NCBI GenBank assembly: GCA_002796135.1
Contig: PCWB01000027.1
Coordinates: 1,724-65,723 of the forward strand
Length of the DNA: 64,000 nucleotides
Reading direction: 5' to 3'
From: Candidatus Omnitrophica bacterium CG11_big_fil_rev_8_21_14_0_20_41_12
GTDB lineage: Bacteria; Omnitrophota; Gorgyraeia; Gygaellales; Profunditerraquicolaceae
Shown: piece after piece, positions 27,245 to 37,042 of the stretch
Numbering within the stretch: position 1 is the stretch's first letter
Layout of the letters: each line of letters starts with the position of its first letter
Translations under genes and position numbers: made by a program
The notes under the pieces: model-generated
What the model saw: the letters and a program-made list of their open reading frames with translations, nothing else
Told to the model about the DNA's origin: nothing
Databases searched by the model: none

Positions 27245-28169
27245 AAGCTAATTCCAATAATTTAATGCAAAGGTGGTTGAAATCTATGCCCGCAATCCTG
27301 GCGGCCTTAGGCAGAAGGCTGCTGGAGGTCATCCCTGGGATAGTATTAATCTCTAGAACATATGGACAATTATCTTTACTTAATATGATATCCGTACGCG
27401 AACAGCCAAAACAACCAAGAAGCCTGTGGGCTTCTCTAGCCGTCTGCTGAACTTTTCTAAAAATACTTTCCTCTAAATGGGCCGGAACAATATATTTGGT
27501 TAAAGCAGATTGATACTTTGCTTCAAAATCAAAAAACTTTCCTTCAGGCACGATTTCAATAACCGGCAAAGCCTCCTGCCCCAGGATCCCCACTGTAAGT
27601 TCCCGGCCGGATATAAACTCCTCAATTATTATACGTTCATCAAACTGAAAAGCAAGATCGATAGCCGCAAATATCTCTTCATTGCGCTCAATAAATGAAA
27701 TCCCGATACTTGAACCATGATTAGCCGGTTTGACTACTAAAGGCAGCCCTAGGTCATTTTTAAAAATTTTTGTTTTCTGATAATCCGTTTTATCGACAGC
27801 CCGAAATATAGGGACATCTAGTCCTCCGGCTTTTAATCTCTCCAGCGAGCCGATTTTATCCATTGCCAGCCGGCTGGCCGCAACCCCTGAAGCAGTATAG
27901 GGCAAATCCATCTTCTCCAGGATCTCCTGAATTACCCCATCCTCACCAAAGCGTCCGTGTAAAGCAATAAATGCTGCGTTTAAATTATTCTCTTTGAGCA
28001 GCTTGATATTCTCTTCCTGGTTATCCGTGGTTATTTCTATACCTACCGCCTCTACCCTTAAGCCTAATAACGCCGACAATACGGCTTGCCCGCTTTTCAA
28101 AGAGATCCCTCTCTCAGAAGAAGGACCTCCCATTAAAACTCCCACTCTACCAAAATCTTTTATTTCCAT
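27225..28169 (-). CDS. ddl: D-alanine--D-alanine ligase
   Basis: GGPSSER, LHGRFGEDG, VKP..GSSIG, FDFEAKY, EINTIPGMT. Confidence 0.96.
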   Translation of the reverse strand: MEIKDFGRVGVLMGGPSSERGISLKSGQAVLSALLGLRVEAVGIEITTDNQEENIKLLKENNLNAAFIALHGRFGEDGVIQEILEKMDLPYTASGVAASRLAMDKIGSLERLKAGGLDVPIFRAVDKTDYQKTKIFKNDLGLPLVVKPANHGSSIGISFIERNEEIFAAIDLAFQFDERIIIEEFISGRELTVGILGQEALPVIEIVPEGKFFDFEAKYQSALTKYIVPAHLEESIFRKVQQTAREAHRLLGCFGCSRTDIILSKDNCPYVLEINTIPGMTSSSLLPKAARIAGIDFNHLCIKLLELAYEKKKI

Positions 28170-29041
28170 ATTTTTATCTCAGGCTTAAGCTTAACTTTAA
28201 ACCTTGATTTAATTTTTTTCTGAATTAAATCCATAAGCGCTAAAACATCGCCGGATTTTGCTTGATGCGAATTTAAAATAAAATTAGCATGTGTCCTGGA
28301 AACCGATGCACCGCCTCTGGCTTTGCCCTTCAGTCCGCATTTATCAATCAGAGCCCCTGCCAAATTACGTCCCGGATTTTTAAAAATACATCCTGCGTTA
28401 GGAAGGCGGTGATCTTGAGTTTTGCTGCGTTTTAAAAGATAATCTTTTATCTTTTGCACAATCGAATTTCTATCTGCAGCTTGCAGCCTAAGTGTAGCGG
28501 AAATAATAACACACTTATCTAAATTGGATTTACGATAAGCAAATTTTAATTCTTTATAATTGATTATTCTGGGGATCCCGCGATAATCTAAAACATCTAC
28601 CTGCTTAACCAGCTTTCCGATCGATCTATCCCAGGCTCCGGCATTTCCCGCCAGTGCTCCTCCTAATGTGCCGGGAATCCCGGCGAGAAACTCTAATCCG
28701 GTTAATCCTTTTTTTTGAGCAAATAAGATCAGCTGGCTTAATTTTGAAGCACCTCCCGCTATTATACAAGTGCCTTGAGCGTGATTAGCCCTAAACACCT
28801 TGGCCGTTAATCTGATTACCAGCCCGTCTACTCCTGAATCGCTGACCAATACATTGCTCCCTGAGCCTAAAATAAAAACCTTGATACCGCTACGCCAAGC
28901 TAAAGCTAAGACCCGCTGTAAACTTTTAATATCCGCAGGCTCAAAGAAAAATTTTGCCGGCCCCCCGATCTTAAAGCTCGTAAGGTTGGCTAACTTAGTT
29001 TTAGTTTTTATTTTTTTACTTAAGTTTTTGGGCCAAAGCAT
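28160..29041 (-). CDS. murB: UDP-N-acetylenolpyruvoylglucosamine reductase
   Basis: FKIGGPA, GSGSNVL, GIPGTLGG...NAGA, AGCIFKNP, HANF. Confidence 0.95.
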   Translation of the reverse strand: MLWPKNLSKKIKTKTKLANLTSFKIGGPAKFFFEPADIKSLQRVLALAWRSGIKVFILGSGSNVLVSDSGVDGLVIRLTAKVFRANHAQGTCIIAGGASKLSQLILFAQKKGLTGLEFLAGIPGTLGGALAGNAGAWDRSIGKLVKQVDVLDYRGIPRIINYKELKFAYRKSNLDKCVIISATLRLQAADRNSIVQKIKDYLLKRSKTQDHRLPNAGCIFKNPGRNLAGALIDKCGLKGKARGGASVSRTHANFILNSHQAKSGDVLALMDLIQKKIKSRFKVKLKPEIKIWK

Positions 29042-30374
29042 CGCTTACCTTTACAATATCCCCTGCTCCCAGGGTAATCACCAGATCATCCTTGAGAATA
29101 ATACTTAAGAGATGCTCAAGAATATCCTCTTTAGGCAAATATAATACCGGTTTATTTTTTGTATATTCCTGTATTTTTTTCAATAAACTCTGCGCGCACA
29201 CCCCGTCTATCGGCTTTTCGCCTGCCGCATAAATATCCGTAATAATCAGATAATCCGCCAGGTCAAAAGATTTAGTAAATTCCTCTAAGAGTAACTGGGT
29301 GCGGCTATAACGATGCGGCTGAAAAACAACGATTTTACGTCCGGCATTCAAATTAGTAATCGCTTCAAGAGTAGCTTTGATCTCAGAAGGATGATGAGCA
29401 TAATCATCAATGATCAAATATTTATCATCTTTAAATTTTGTTTCTAATCTACGCCCGGCTCCCCTATACCCTGCTAAGGCCCTGCGTATACATTCTAAAT
29501 CAATACCCAGCTCTTCCCCCAGTCCGATTACCGCCAAAGCATTGGAAATATTATGCCTGCCTCCTAGAGCCAGATGAAAATGCCCGAGTAATTTATTTTT
29601 AAAGTAGCAATCAAAATTAGAGGATAAACCGGTAAATGAAATATTCTTAGCCTGGATATCAGCATTATCATTGAGGCCGAAAAATAAATGTTTTCCTTGA
29701 TAAGAGTTGGCCATTTTAAAAAGATGAGGATCATCTGAACAAGCTATAACAGTGCCTCCTTCTTTAGTGCGCCTGACAAAAGAATCAAATGCCGCTAATT
29801 CCCGCTTGAAATCATGATAATAATCTAAATGCTCCCGGTCAATATTAGTGATAATTGAATACTTGGGGCTATAGTTTAAAAATGACCCATCAGATTCATC
29901 GGCCTCGGCAACAAAAAATTCCCCGCTGCCTAAGCAGGCGTTGGCATTGATATTCTTAAGTATTCCGCCGATAACTACTGTAGGATTTAGCCCTGCCTCA
30001 AGCAACATGCAAGAAACCAGTGAAGTAGTCGTAGTTTTACCGTGGCTGCCGGCAATGGTTATCGCTGTCTTCTCCTGCATCAAGAGAGCCAAGACTTCTG
30101 CCCTTTTAATTAAGGGTAGGCCTAAAATTTGCGCTTGGCGCAATTCACAATTGTCTTTGTCTATTGCCGATGAATAAACTACTGCATCCTGGCCGTCTAT
30201 ATTCTGCGCATTGTGCCCGATGCATATCTTTGCTCCCAGACTTTTAAGTTCTTCGGTAATCTGATTACCCTTAAGATCCGAGCCGCTCACTTTAGAGCCG
30301 CCCTTAAGCAGTAGATGAGCAATCCCGCTCATCCCTATTCCGCCAATACCGATAAAATGATAATATTTTTTCAT
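29016..30374 (-). CDS. murC: UDP-N-acetylmuramate--L-alanine ligase
   Basis: HFIGIGGIGMSG, GSHGKTTT, EADESD, DDYAHHP, FQPHRYSR. Start at ATG 30374 overlaps the upstream stop. Confidence 0.96.
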   Translation of the reverse strand: MKKYYHFIGIGGIGMSGIAHLLLKGGSKVSGSDLKGNQITEELKSLGAKICIGHNAQNIDGQDAVVYSSAIDKDNCELRQAQILGLPLIKRAEVLALLMQEKTAITIAGSHGKTTTTSLVSCMLLEAGLNPTVVIGGILKNINANACLGSGEFFVAEADESDGSFLNYSPKYSIITNIDREHLDYYHDFKRELAAFDSFVRRTKEGGTVIACSDDPHLFKMANSYQGKHLFFGLNDNADIQAKNISFTGLSSNFDCYFKNKLLGHFHLALGGRHNISNALAVIGLGEELGIDLECIRRALAGYRGAGRRLETKFKDDKYLIIDDYAHHPSEIKATLEAITNLNAGRKIVVFQPHRYSRTQLLLEEFTKSFDLADYLIITDIYAAGEKPIDGVCAQSLLKKIQEYTKNKPVLYLPKEDILEHLLSIILKDDLVITLGAGDIVKVSDALAQKLK

Positions 30375-31141
30375 CTTAAGATATAAGCCTTCCAACCTTC
30401 TTCAAAATTAGCCATATTGGAAAAGGAATATGCCTTGGATAATGCCGCCGCAAGATTCCGGCTGTCCCGCAGGCTCTGGCAGAAAAATACAAACTTACCT
30501 CTGCCGAATTCCGAAATTAAATATTTTACCAAACTATATGCTTCTGCATAAAATAATGCTGCCCTGGCTTTATCCTCAGACTTTGATAATCCCAACCTGC
30601 TTAAATCACCCAGTGAAATAAAATTCCCGCTCCTTATTCCTTCGGCTAACTTTGCTTTAACCGCATAAATATTTTCCCCTTGATAACTTGCCACCCCCTC
30701 CTCAAGCCAGAGAGGCACAGCAGGATTATTAAAACCAACCATCTCTCTAAAAATTATATGCGCCAATTCATGAGGAAGAATATTATTTAAAAATCCCGGA
30801 GCAGTCACAAAGGTCTTGATCAATTTATTTGCTACGGCGGCCTGCCCGGCTGACCAATCAGGAGCATCGGTGTCTTTACGGTAATCCTGCTGAGTATCAA
30901 ATATATAAATTCTTGCCCTCCTGTCCCAAGTCCAAAAATTAAAACGGTTAAAACCTAACTCATTGGTAATATTACTATAACAGCTCTCTGCAGCCTGGGC
31001 TAACCGCTCAACTGTGCTCTGCGGCGCCTCTTTATAATAAATAAAAAAATGCGTAGATTTCAACAGCTGCCAATCCCCCTTAGCCGCAAAGGCAACGATG
31101 GGGAAAAATAAAAATAATAATAAAAATCTGAATCGGCACAT
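30371..31141 (-). CDS. Secreted zinc metallopeptidase (peptidase MA-like, gluzincin)
   Basis: Signal peptide, HELAH (HExxH), PLWLEEGVA third-ligand motif, FYAEAYSLVKYL. Confidence 0.8.
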   Translation of the reverse strand: MCRFRFLLLFLFFPIVAFAAKGDWQLLKSTHFFIYYKEAPQSTVERLAQAAESCYSNITNELGFNRFNFWTWDRRARIYIFDTQQDYRKDTDAPDWSAGQAAVANKLIKTFVTAPGFLNNILPHELAHIIFREMVGFNNPAVPLWLEEGVASYQGENIYAVKAKLAEGIRSGNFISLGDLSRLGLSKSEDKARAALFYAEAYSLVKYLISEFGRGKFVFFCQSLRDSRNLAAALSKAYSFSNMANFEEGWKAYILR

Positions 31142-32220
31142 TACTTTAAATTTAATACCTCTTTTGCCAATAAGAATGCGGCATCCGTAGAGATTTGCTG
31201 CCCATAAGCCTTGCGCATCGCTTTGAGTTTATCGGGATTCATTAAAAGATCATCTAATCTATCGGTTAAATTTTCAGCGGTCAACTCCTCATCTTTAATA
31301 ATCAAAGCGGCTTTAAGATCTTGCAGCACGCAGGCATTGGCTTTCTGATGAGCATATGCAAAAGGATAGGGAATCAGAATTGCCGGGATTGCGAATCTCT
31401 GTAATTCCGCAACGGTAGTGGCCCCGGCCCGGCAGATTATCAGATCCGCTACGCTATAAGCATATTGCATGGTTAAAAAAAATTCAAAAACTTTGCTCGT
31501 CAAATTCAAAGCGCGGTATTTTTTCTGCAGCGCCAGGAAATCCCCTGTTCCGGTAATGTGGATTATCTGAAAATTATCTTTTTTCTGCGATATAGATACT
31601 GCCTCGGAGCAAACAGTATTTAATCTGTGCGACCCCTGGCTGCCTCCGGTGATCAAAATGTTGAATTTCCCATCGGTAAAACCTAAAAAATCAAGCGCCT
31701 TTTTTCTGTCTATACGGATCAAATCCTGGCGCAGCGGGTTACCGGTGAAGATTATTTTTTTTGCGGATATATTCAAATATTTTTTCGTTTGGCTAAAAGA
31801 TACTGCCACCCGGTCCACCAGCTTAGCCAACAGGCGATTTGCCCTACCGGGGATGACATTCTGTTCATGAATTATGGTTTTTATTCTGAACAACCAGGCC
31901 CAGAACACTAAGGCCACCGTATTTAAGCTGCCGAATCCTACCACCACCTCGGGCCTGAACTTTATAACAATACGCAGGCTCTCCCAGGCACCTGACAAAA
32001 ACAAAAACACCCCTTTTATATTTTTACTATTTAAATTATAACTCAAATTAGATGCGGGAATATATTTAACTTGCACGGCCTCCACAACAATAAAACTATC
32101 TTGATTTTTTTTAGGCAGAACCAATAATAAATCATTAGCTGAATCTTTCAGTGAATCAATTAAAGCCAACGCCGGATAAATATGCCCGCCGCTTGAACCG
32201 GTAACGATCAAAATTCGCAT
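31141..32220 (-). CDS. murG: Lipid II GlcNAc transferase MurG
   Basis: GSSGGHIYP, HEQN, GNP.R, GGSQG, RAGATT. Start at ATG 32220. Confidence 0.95.
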   Translation of the reverse strand: MRILIVTGSSGGHIYPALALIDSLKDSANDLLLVLPKKNQDSFIVVEAVQVKYIPASNLSYNLNSKNIKGVFLFLSGAWESLRIVIKFRPEVVVGFGSLNTVALVFWAWLFRIKTIIHEQNVIPGRANRLLAKLVDRVAVSFSQTKKYLNISAKKIIFTGNPLRQDLIRIDRKKALDFLGFTDGKFNILITGGSQGSHRLNTVCSEAVSISQKKDNFQIIHITGTGDFLALQKKYRALNLTSKVFEFFLTMQYAYSVADLIICRAGATTVAELQRFAIPAILIPYPFAYAHQKANACVLQDLKAALIIKDEELTAENLTDRLDDLLMNPDKLKAMRKAYGQQISTDAAFLLAKEVLNLK

Positions 32221-32221
32221 C

Positions 32222-33316
32222 TTATGGATACTCTCCGCAACGTGCAATATTAATCAAGATACCTAAACTAACCATATCAAATAACAACGAAGAACCGCCG
32301 TAACTAATAAATGGTAGCGGCAGGCCTTTAGTCGGAAACAATCCGCAAGAGACCCCGATATTGATAATCGCCTTAAGCGAGATCATTAAAACTAATCCCA
32401 AAGCAAGAAAATACCCGAATTTATCTTGGGCGTTTTTAATAATCTTGAGTCCTTGCTGAATAAAAATCATAAACAATATGATAACGCCCAATGTGCCGAT
32501 TAGCCCGAGTTCTTCCCCGATAATTGAAAAAATAAAATCAGTATGAGCAGCCGGCAAATAAAAAAGCTTCTGCTGTGAATGGCCCAGCCCCCTGCCAAAT
32601 ATCCCCCCTGAACCAATAGCGATCTGTGATTGAATAATCTGAAAACCGGTTCCCTTTGGATCAAGCCAGGGATTCAAAAAAGCCATAATCCTGGCTCTAC
32701 GGTACGGCACGCTAAATACTAAGAAATAAGCTGCCGGCAAACTACAAAGTATTAAACTCAAAATATAACTGCCGCGGGTTCCTGCGACAAAAAGCATAAT
32801 CAGAATCACGCTACCTAAAGCAACCACCGTACCCAGATCCGGCTGTATCAGTATTAATAAAGCTGTTGCACCCAATACGCATATCGGTGGAATAAACCCT
32901 TTAAAAAGAGACTTAATCTTATCCCCTTTACGGGCAATAAAATCAGCCATATAAATAATCAGCGCAAGATTGGCAAACTCTGAAGGCTGAAAACTGATAA
33001 ATTTAAATCTAAACCAACGCCTGGCTCCGGAGACCTCTCTACCTATACCGGGAATAAGCACTAAGACAAGCGCGACCAAAGCAATCCAAAGCATAAACCG
33101 GGCATGCTTCCTAAATAAACGGTAATCAAAAAACATCGTTAAAAAAGCCAGCAAAACGCCGACTGCCAAAAAAACTAAATGCCGCTTTAAAAAATAAAAA
33201 CTATCCCTGTATCTTTCCCAGGCATAAATACTTGAAGAGCTGTAAATCATTACTATGCCCACAGAGATAAGTATAACTGAAACAGTAAGCAAATTAATGC
33301 GCGTCTTTCTAACCAC
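32222..33316 (-). CDS. ftsW: Cell division SEDS protein FtsW
   Basis: GARRW, FQPSEF, QPDLG, YLPAAHTDFIF, PTKG, SYGGSS. Confidence 0.95.
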   Translation of the reverse strand: MVRKTRINLLTVSVILISVGIVMIYSSSSIYAWERYRDSFYFLKRHLVFLAVGVLLAFLTMFFDYRLFRKHARFMLWIALVALVLVLIPGIGREVSGARRWFRFKFISFQPSEFANLALIIYMADFIARKGDKIKSLFKGFIPPICVLGATALLILIQPDLGTVVALGSVILIMLFVAGTRGSYILSLILCSLPAAYFLVFSVPYRRARIMAFLNPWLDPKGTGFQIIQSQIAIGSGGIFGRGLGHSQQKLFYLPAAHTDFIFSIIGEELGLIGTLGVIILFMIFIQQGLKIIKNAQDKFGYFLALGLVLMISLKAIINIGVSCGLFPTKGLPLPFISYGGSSLLFDMVSLGILINIARCGEYP

Positions 33317-34585
33317 CTAAACTTTCTCCCTTGCTAAATTCAACACGATTTTTTTAAAAGCCCTTCCCCTCTCTTCATAATCTGTGAACATATCATAACT
33401 TGAGCACATCGGAGAAAATAATACGGTATACCCCGGCTTAGCCAGAATAAAAGCTCTCTGCACAGCATCCTTTAACGTAGCGGCATTTTCGATCGTAAAT
33501 TTATTTTTCAGAGCAGTCGCTATCTCTCCTTGCGCCTCTCCAATCAGAATTATTTGTTTCACTTTATTTTTAGCCGGTTCAATAACAACCCGGTAATCGA
33601 TACCTTTATGCCTTCCCCCGGCAATAAAAATTATAGGAGTATTAATATTATTGATCGCCCAGGTTGCCGAATCCGCCGTAGTTGCCTTAGAATCATTAAT
33701 AAATTTTACTCCGTTAATATTACGCACTTCCTCTATACGGTGCTCAAGCCCCTTGAAGTCATTAAAAACTTTAAGCATAACCTCTGGATCTACCCCGAAA
33801 ATATTCCCTACGCTAAGCACCGCGCTTTGATTAGGATTTAAACCTTCCTGCTTACCAAAGTAAACTGCTTTTGAATTTACATTCTTGGCAATATCGCTAA
33901 GCAACGGATCATCCTTATTCAAAACCAGAAAATCATTATTATCCTGATTCATCGCAATACGCTTTTTAGCATCACCGTATTCCTGAATATCTTTATAACG
34001 ATCAAGATGATTAGAGGTTAAATTCAGAATGACGGCAACCTTAGGTTTAAAATCTTTAATTGTCTCCAGCTGAAATGAGCTTACCTCAAGAGCAACGAAA
34101 TCTGCCTCCTGCATCTTTTCTACTTCACCGCAAAAAGGATTACCGATATTACCACAGAGGAAAACATTTTTTCCGGATGCAGCCAGCACTTTTCCGATTA
34201 AGGTAGTAACTGTGGTTTTCCCGTTGGAACCGGTTACCGCAATAATCGTCGACGGACATAAGATACCGGCGATCTCAATCTCGCTGATCACCGGCTTATT
34301 AAATTCTCTGGCCCATCTAACCGGCTGAGTATCCAAAGCAACCCCGGGGGAAATAACGATCAAATCCGCATCTTTAATAAATTCTGGGCTATGTTTTCCC
34401 AGCTCAACTATAATATCCTTTGAACAAAGTTTAGCGCCTGCCTTCCTGGTCTGCGCATTATCTTGAATATCCGTAACCTTAACCTGAGACCCTAATCGAT
34501 ATAATAAATTCGCGCAAGCTACCCCTGAACGGGCAAGGCCGACAATTGTAATTTTTTTGTTTTTGAAGTACTTAATATTACGCAT
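33317..34585 (-). CDS. murD: UDP-MurNAc-L-Ala--D-glutamate ligase
   Basis: GLARSG, SPG, TGSNGKTT, GNIG, EVSSFQL, HLDR, NDSKAT. Confidence 0.95.
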   Translation of the reverse strand: MRNIKYFKNKKITIVGLARSGVACANLLYRLGSQVKVTDIQDNAQTRKAGAKLCSKDIIVELGKHSPEFIKDADLIVISPGVALDTQPVRWAREFNKPVISEIEIAGILCPSTIIAVTGSNGKTTVTTLIGKVLAASGKNVFLCGNIGNPFCGEVEKMQEADFVALEVSSFQLETIKDFKPKVAVILNLTSNHLDRYKDIQEYGDAKKRIAMNQDNNDFLVLNKDDPLLSDIAKNVNSKAVYFGKQEGLNPNQSAVLSVGNIFGVDPEVMLKVFNDFKGLEHRIEEVRNINGVKFINDSKATTADSATWAINNINTPIIFIAGGRHKGIDYRVVIEPAKNKVKQIILIGEAQGEIATALKNKFTIENAATLKDAVQRAFILAKPGYTVLFSPMCSSYDMFTDYEERGRAFKKIVLNLAREKV

Positions 34586-34592
34586 GGACAGG

Positions 34593-35681
34593 TTATCTGA
34601 TCTTTAAAGTAACCAAAGTAAAGAGGGCAAGCAAACCGGCAATAATCCAAAATCTAACGATCACTTTATTTTCGGGCCAATTTAAAAATTGGAAATGATG
34701 ATGCAGCGGAGCAATCTTAAAAATACGTTTTTTTGTCAGCTTAAAACTTGCCACCTGCAATATAACTGAAAGCGCCTCCACAACAAATATGCCTCCGACA
34801 ATAATCAGCAGCAACTCTTTTTTAATTAATAACGCTACGGTTCCGATCGCCCCGCCTAAAGCCAGGGATCCGACATCCCCCATAAAGATTGAGGCAGGAT
34901 AACAGTTAAACCATAAAAAGCCTAAACCGGCTCCCACAATACTAGCGCAGAAAATAGCCAACTCCCCGCCTCCTTTGATATAAGGGATGAGCAGGTAGCT
35001 GCTTAAGTTAATGTTACCCGAGACATAACACAGTATGGAAAATGCAATCCCCACCATTACCACAATCCCGATCGCCAATCCATCTAAGCCATCAGTAAGA
35101 TTTACGGCATTCGATGAACCGGTAATCACCAATATTACAAATAAAATATATAAACCATCTAAATCAAGATTAATGCCTTTTAAAAAGGGAATCTCTAAGC
35201 CTGCTTTATGCCCGGCATCCGTAATCAGAATGATCCCCAATATCAAACCCAGAACAATCTGACTGGTAATTTTAATGCCGGAAGATAACCCGTTGGATTT
35301 TTTCTTTACCTGCTTTAAATAATCATCCATAAAGCCGGTTAATCCCAGCCAAATAGTGCTAAACAGAACAATCCAGATGCAGCGGTTAGAGATATCCGCC
35401 CAGAGCAAAGTTGAAATTGTAATCACCGCCAAAATCAGAATACCTCCCATCGTCGGCGTGCTCTGCTTATGCTTATGTAAATCATCCAGCTTAATACTGT
35501 CAGCCTTATTGATTTTCTCACCGATTTTTAAAGCTTTTAATTTTCTAATCAGCGGCGGGCCAAAAATCAAGCTTAAGATAAAAGCGGTTAAGGCAGCCAT
35601 GCTGGCGCGAAAAGTAATATAGCGGAATAGATTAAATGCGGAAATGAAATCTCTTAAAGGATAAAGCAGATGATAAAGCAT
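34593..35681 (-). CDS. mraY: Phospho-MurNAc-pentapeptide transferase
   Basis: TPTMGG, DDY, NAVNLTDGLDGLA, FMGDVGS, APLHHHF. Confidence 0.97.
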   Translation of the reverse strand: MLYHLLYPLRDFISAFNLFRYITFRASMAALTAFILSLIFGPPLIRKLKALKIGEKINKADSIKLDDLHKHKQSTPTMGGILILAVITISTLLWADISNRCIWIVLFSTIWLGLTGFMDDYLKQVKKKSNGLSSGIKITSQIVLGLILGIILITDAGHKAGLEIPFLKGINLDLDGLYILFVILVITGSSNAVNLTDGLDGLAIGIVVMVGIAFSILCYVSGNINLSSYLLIPYIKGGGELAIFCASIVGAGLGFLWFNCYPASIFMGDVGSLALGGAIGTVALLIKKELLLIIVGGIFVVEALSVILQVASFKLTKKRIFKIAPLHHHFQFLNWPENKVIVRFWIIAGLLALFTLVTLKIR

Positions 35682-37042
35682 TAAATTTCTAAAACCTCTT
35701 CCATTTTCATCGACCGGGATCCTTTTACCAGAATCAGGTCATTTCTTCCCGGAGATATTTTGTTTAACAATAGGTCTTTTGCTTCTTGGGAATTCTGACA
35801 GCAGAATATGTCTTCCTTCTTAAATCCGCTTCCCTGGGCTGCCTCTGCGGTGAGCCTGGCTAAACTACCTACTGCCACCAGCAGATCACAGCTATTAGTT
35901 ATACTCCTTGCGATTTGCCTATGCAATAATTCTTTTTGTTCCCCTAACTCCAACATATCACCCATAATCAGGATCTTTTTGCCCCTGCACTTTGCGCTAT
36001 CTAAAGCAGAGAGCGCAGCTTTAAATGAAAAAGGATTGGAATTATAGGTATCATCAATGAATTTAAGCCCATTACGCACAATAAGATTAAGCCTTCCTTT
36101 GGGAAATTTAAAAGCCGCTAATCTTGATCCGATCTGCGCATAGCTAAAACCTAATATCCGTGCAACTGAAATTGCCCCTAAGGCATTATAAATATTATAA
36201 TATCCCAATGTTGACAGCATAAAATTAGATTCACGGTTAACTTTAAATTCCACCTTTCCATCCCCGACTTGAATAGCTGAAGCACAAAAATCACTTTTTT
36301 CATCGATCCCATAACTAAAAACACACCCTTCACGGTTTTTTTCAAACATGATCCGCCTGAGCAGTTTATCGTCGGCGCAAAGCACGGAAATTGCGGGTTT
36401 TTTCAGATTATCCAATAAGGTTGACTTTTCTTTTAATACTCCGTTTAAATTTTTCAAAAACTCCAGGTGGCTTGGAGCAATATTAGTAATTAATCCGATA
36501 TTGGGCCGGGCAATTTTAGCCAGATAATCAACCTCCCCAAAGTGATTGGTGCCGATCTCAACCACCGCAAAATTATCTTTCTCGGTAAGCTGGATCAATG
36601 TTTGCGGCAGGCCGATAGCATTATTCTTGGTCCCTTCATTCTTTAATACCCTGGCATTACCAGATAAGATCCAGGCAAGCATCTCCTTGGTGGTAGTTTT
36701 GCCGTTTGAGCCGGTAACAGCAATGATCGGCAAATTAAATTTTTCCCTCTGATACCCGGCGATATCCCCCAGAGCTAAAATCGTATCCTTAACCCTGATA
36801 ACTGCAATCTCTTTAGGAACCGCAAAATCCAGCTCTTTATCTACGATTAAACAGCCGGCTTTTGCTTTTAAAGCTTCATCAATAAAATCATGCCCGTCAA
36901 AATTAGTTCCTTTAAGCGCAAGAAACGCTTCCTGCGCAGTTAAGCTTCTTGAATCGGTAGAAATACCGCTTAGCTCATTCTTAAAGCTACCCTGAAGGAG
37001 CCTGCCGGATGCAGCTTTAATTATTTCATTAACTTTAAACAC
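35681..37042 (-). CDS. murF: UDP-MurNAc-tripeptide--D-Ala-D-Ala ligase
   Basis: TDSR, DGHDF, TGSNGKTTTKE, DDTYNSNP, GDMLELG, KGSR. Confidence 0.95.
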   Translation of the reverse strand: MFKVNEIIKAASGRLLQGSFKNELSGISTDSRSLTAQEAFLALKGTNFDGHDFIDEALKAKAGCLIVDKELDFAVPKEIAVIRVKDTILALGDIAGYQREKFNLPIIAVTGSNGKTTTKEMLAWILSGNARVLKNEGTKNNAIGLPQTLIQLTEKDNFAVVEIGTNHFGEVDYLAKIARPNIGLITNIAPSHLEFLKNLNGVLKEKSTLLDNLKKPAISVLCADDKLLRRIMFEKNREGCVFSYGIDEKSDFCASAIQVGDGKVEFKVNRESNFMLSTLGYYNIYNALGAISVARILGFSYAQIGSRLAAFKFPKGRLNLIVRNGLKFIDDTYNSNPFSFKAALSALDSAKCRGKKILIMGDMLELGEQKELLHRQIARSITNSCDLLVAVGSLARLTAEAAQGSGFKKEDIFCCQNSQEAKDLLLNKISPGRNDLILVKGSRSMKMEEVLEI

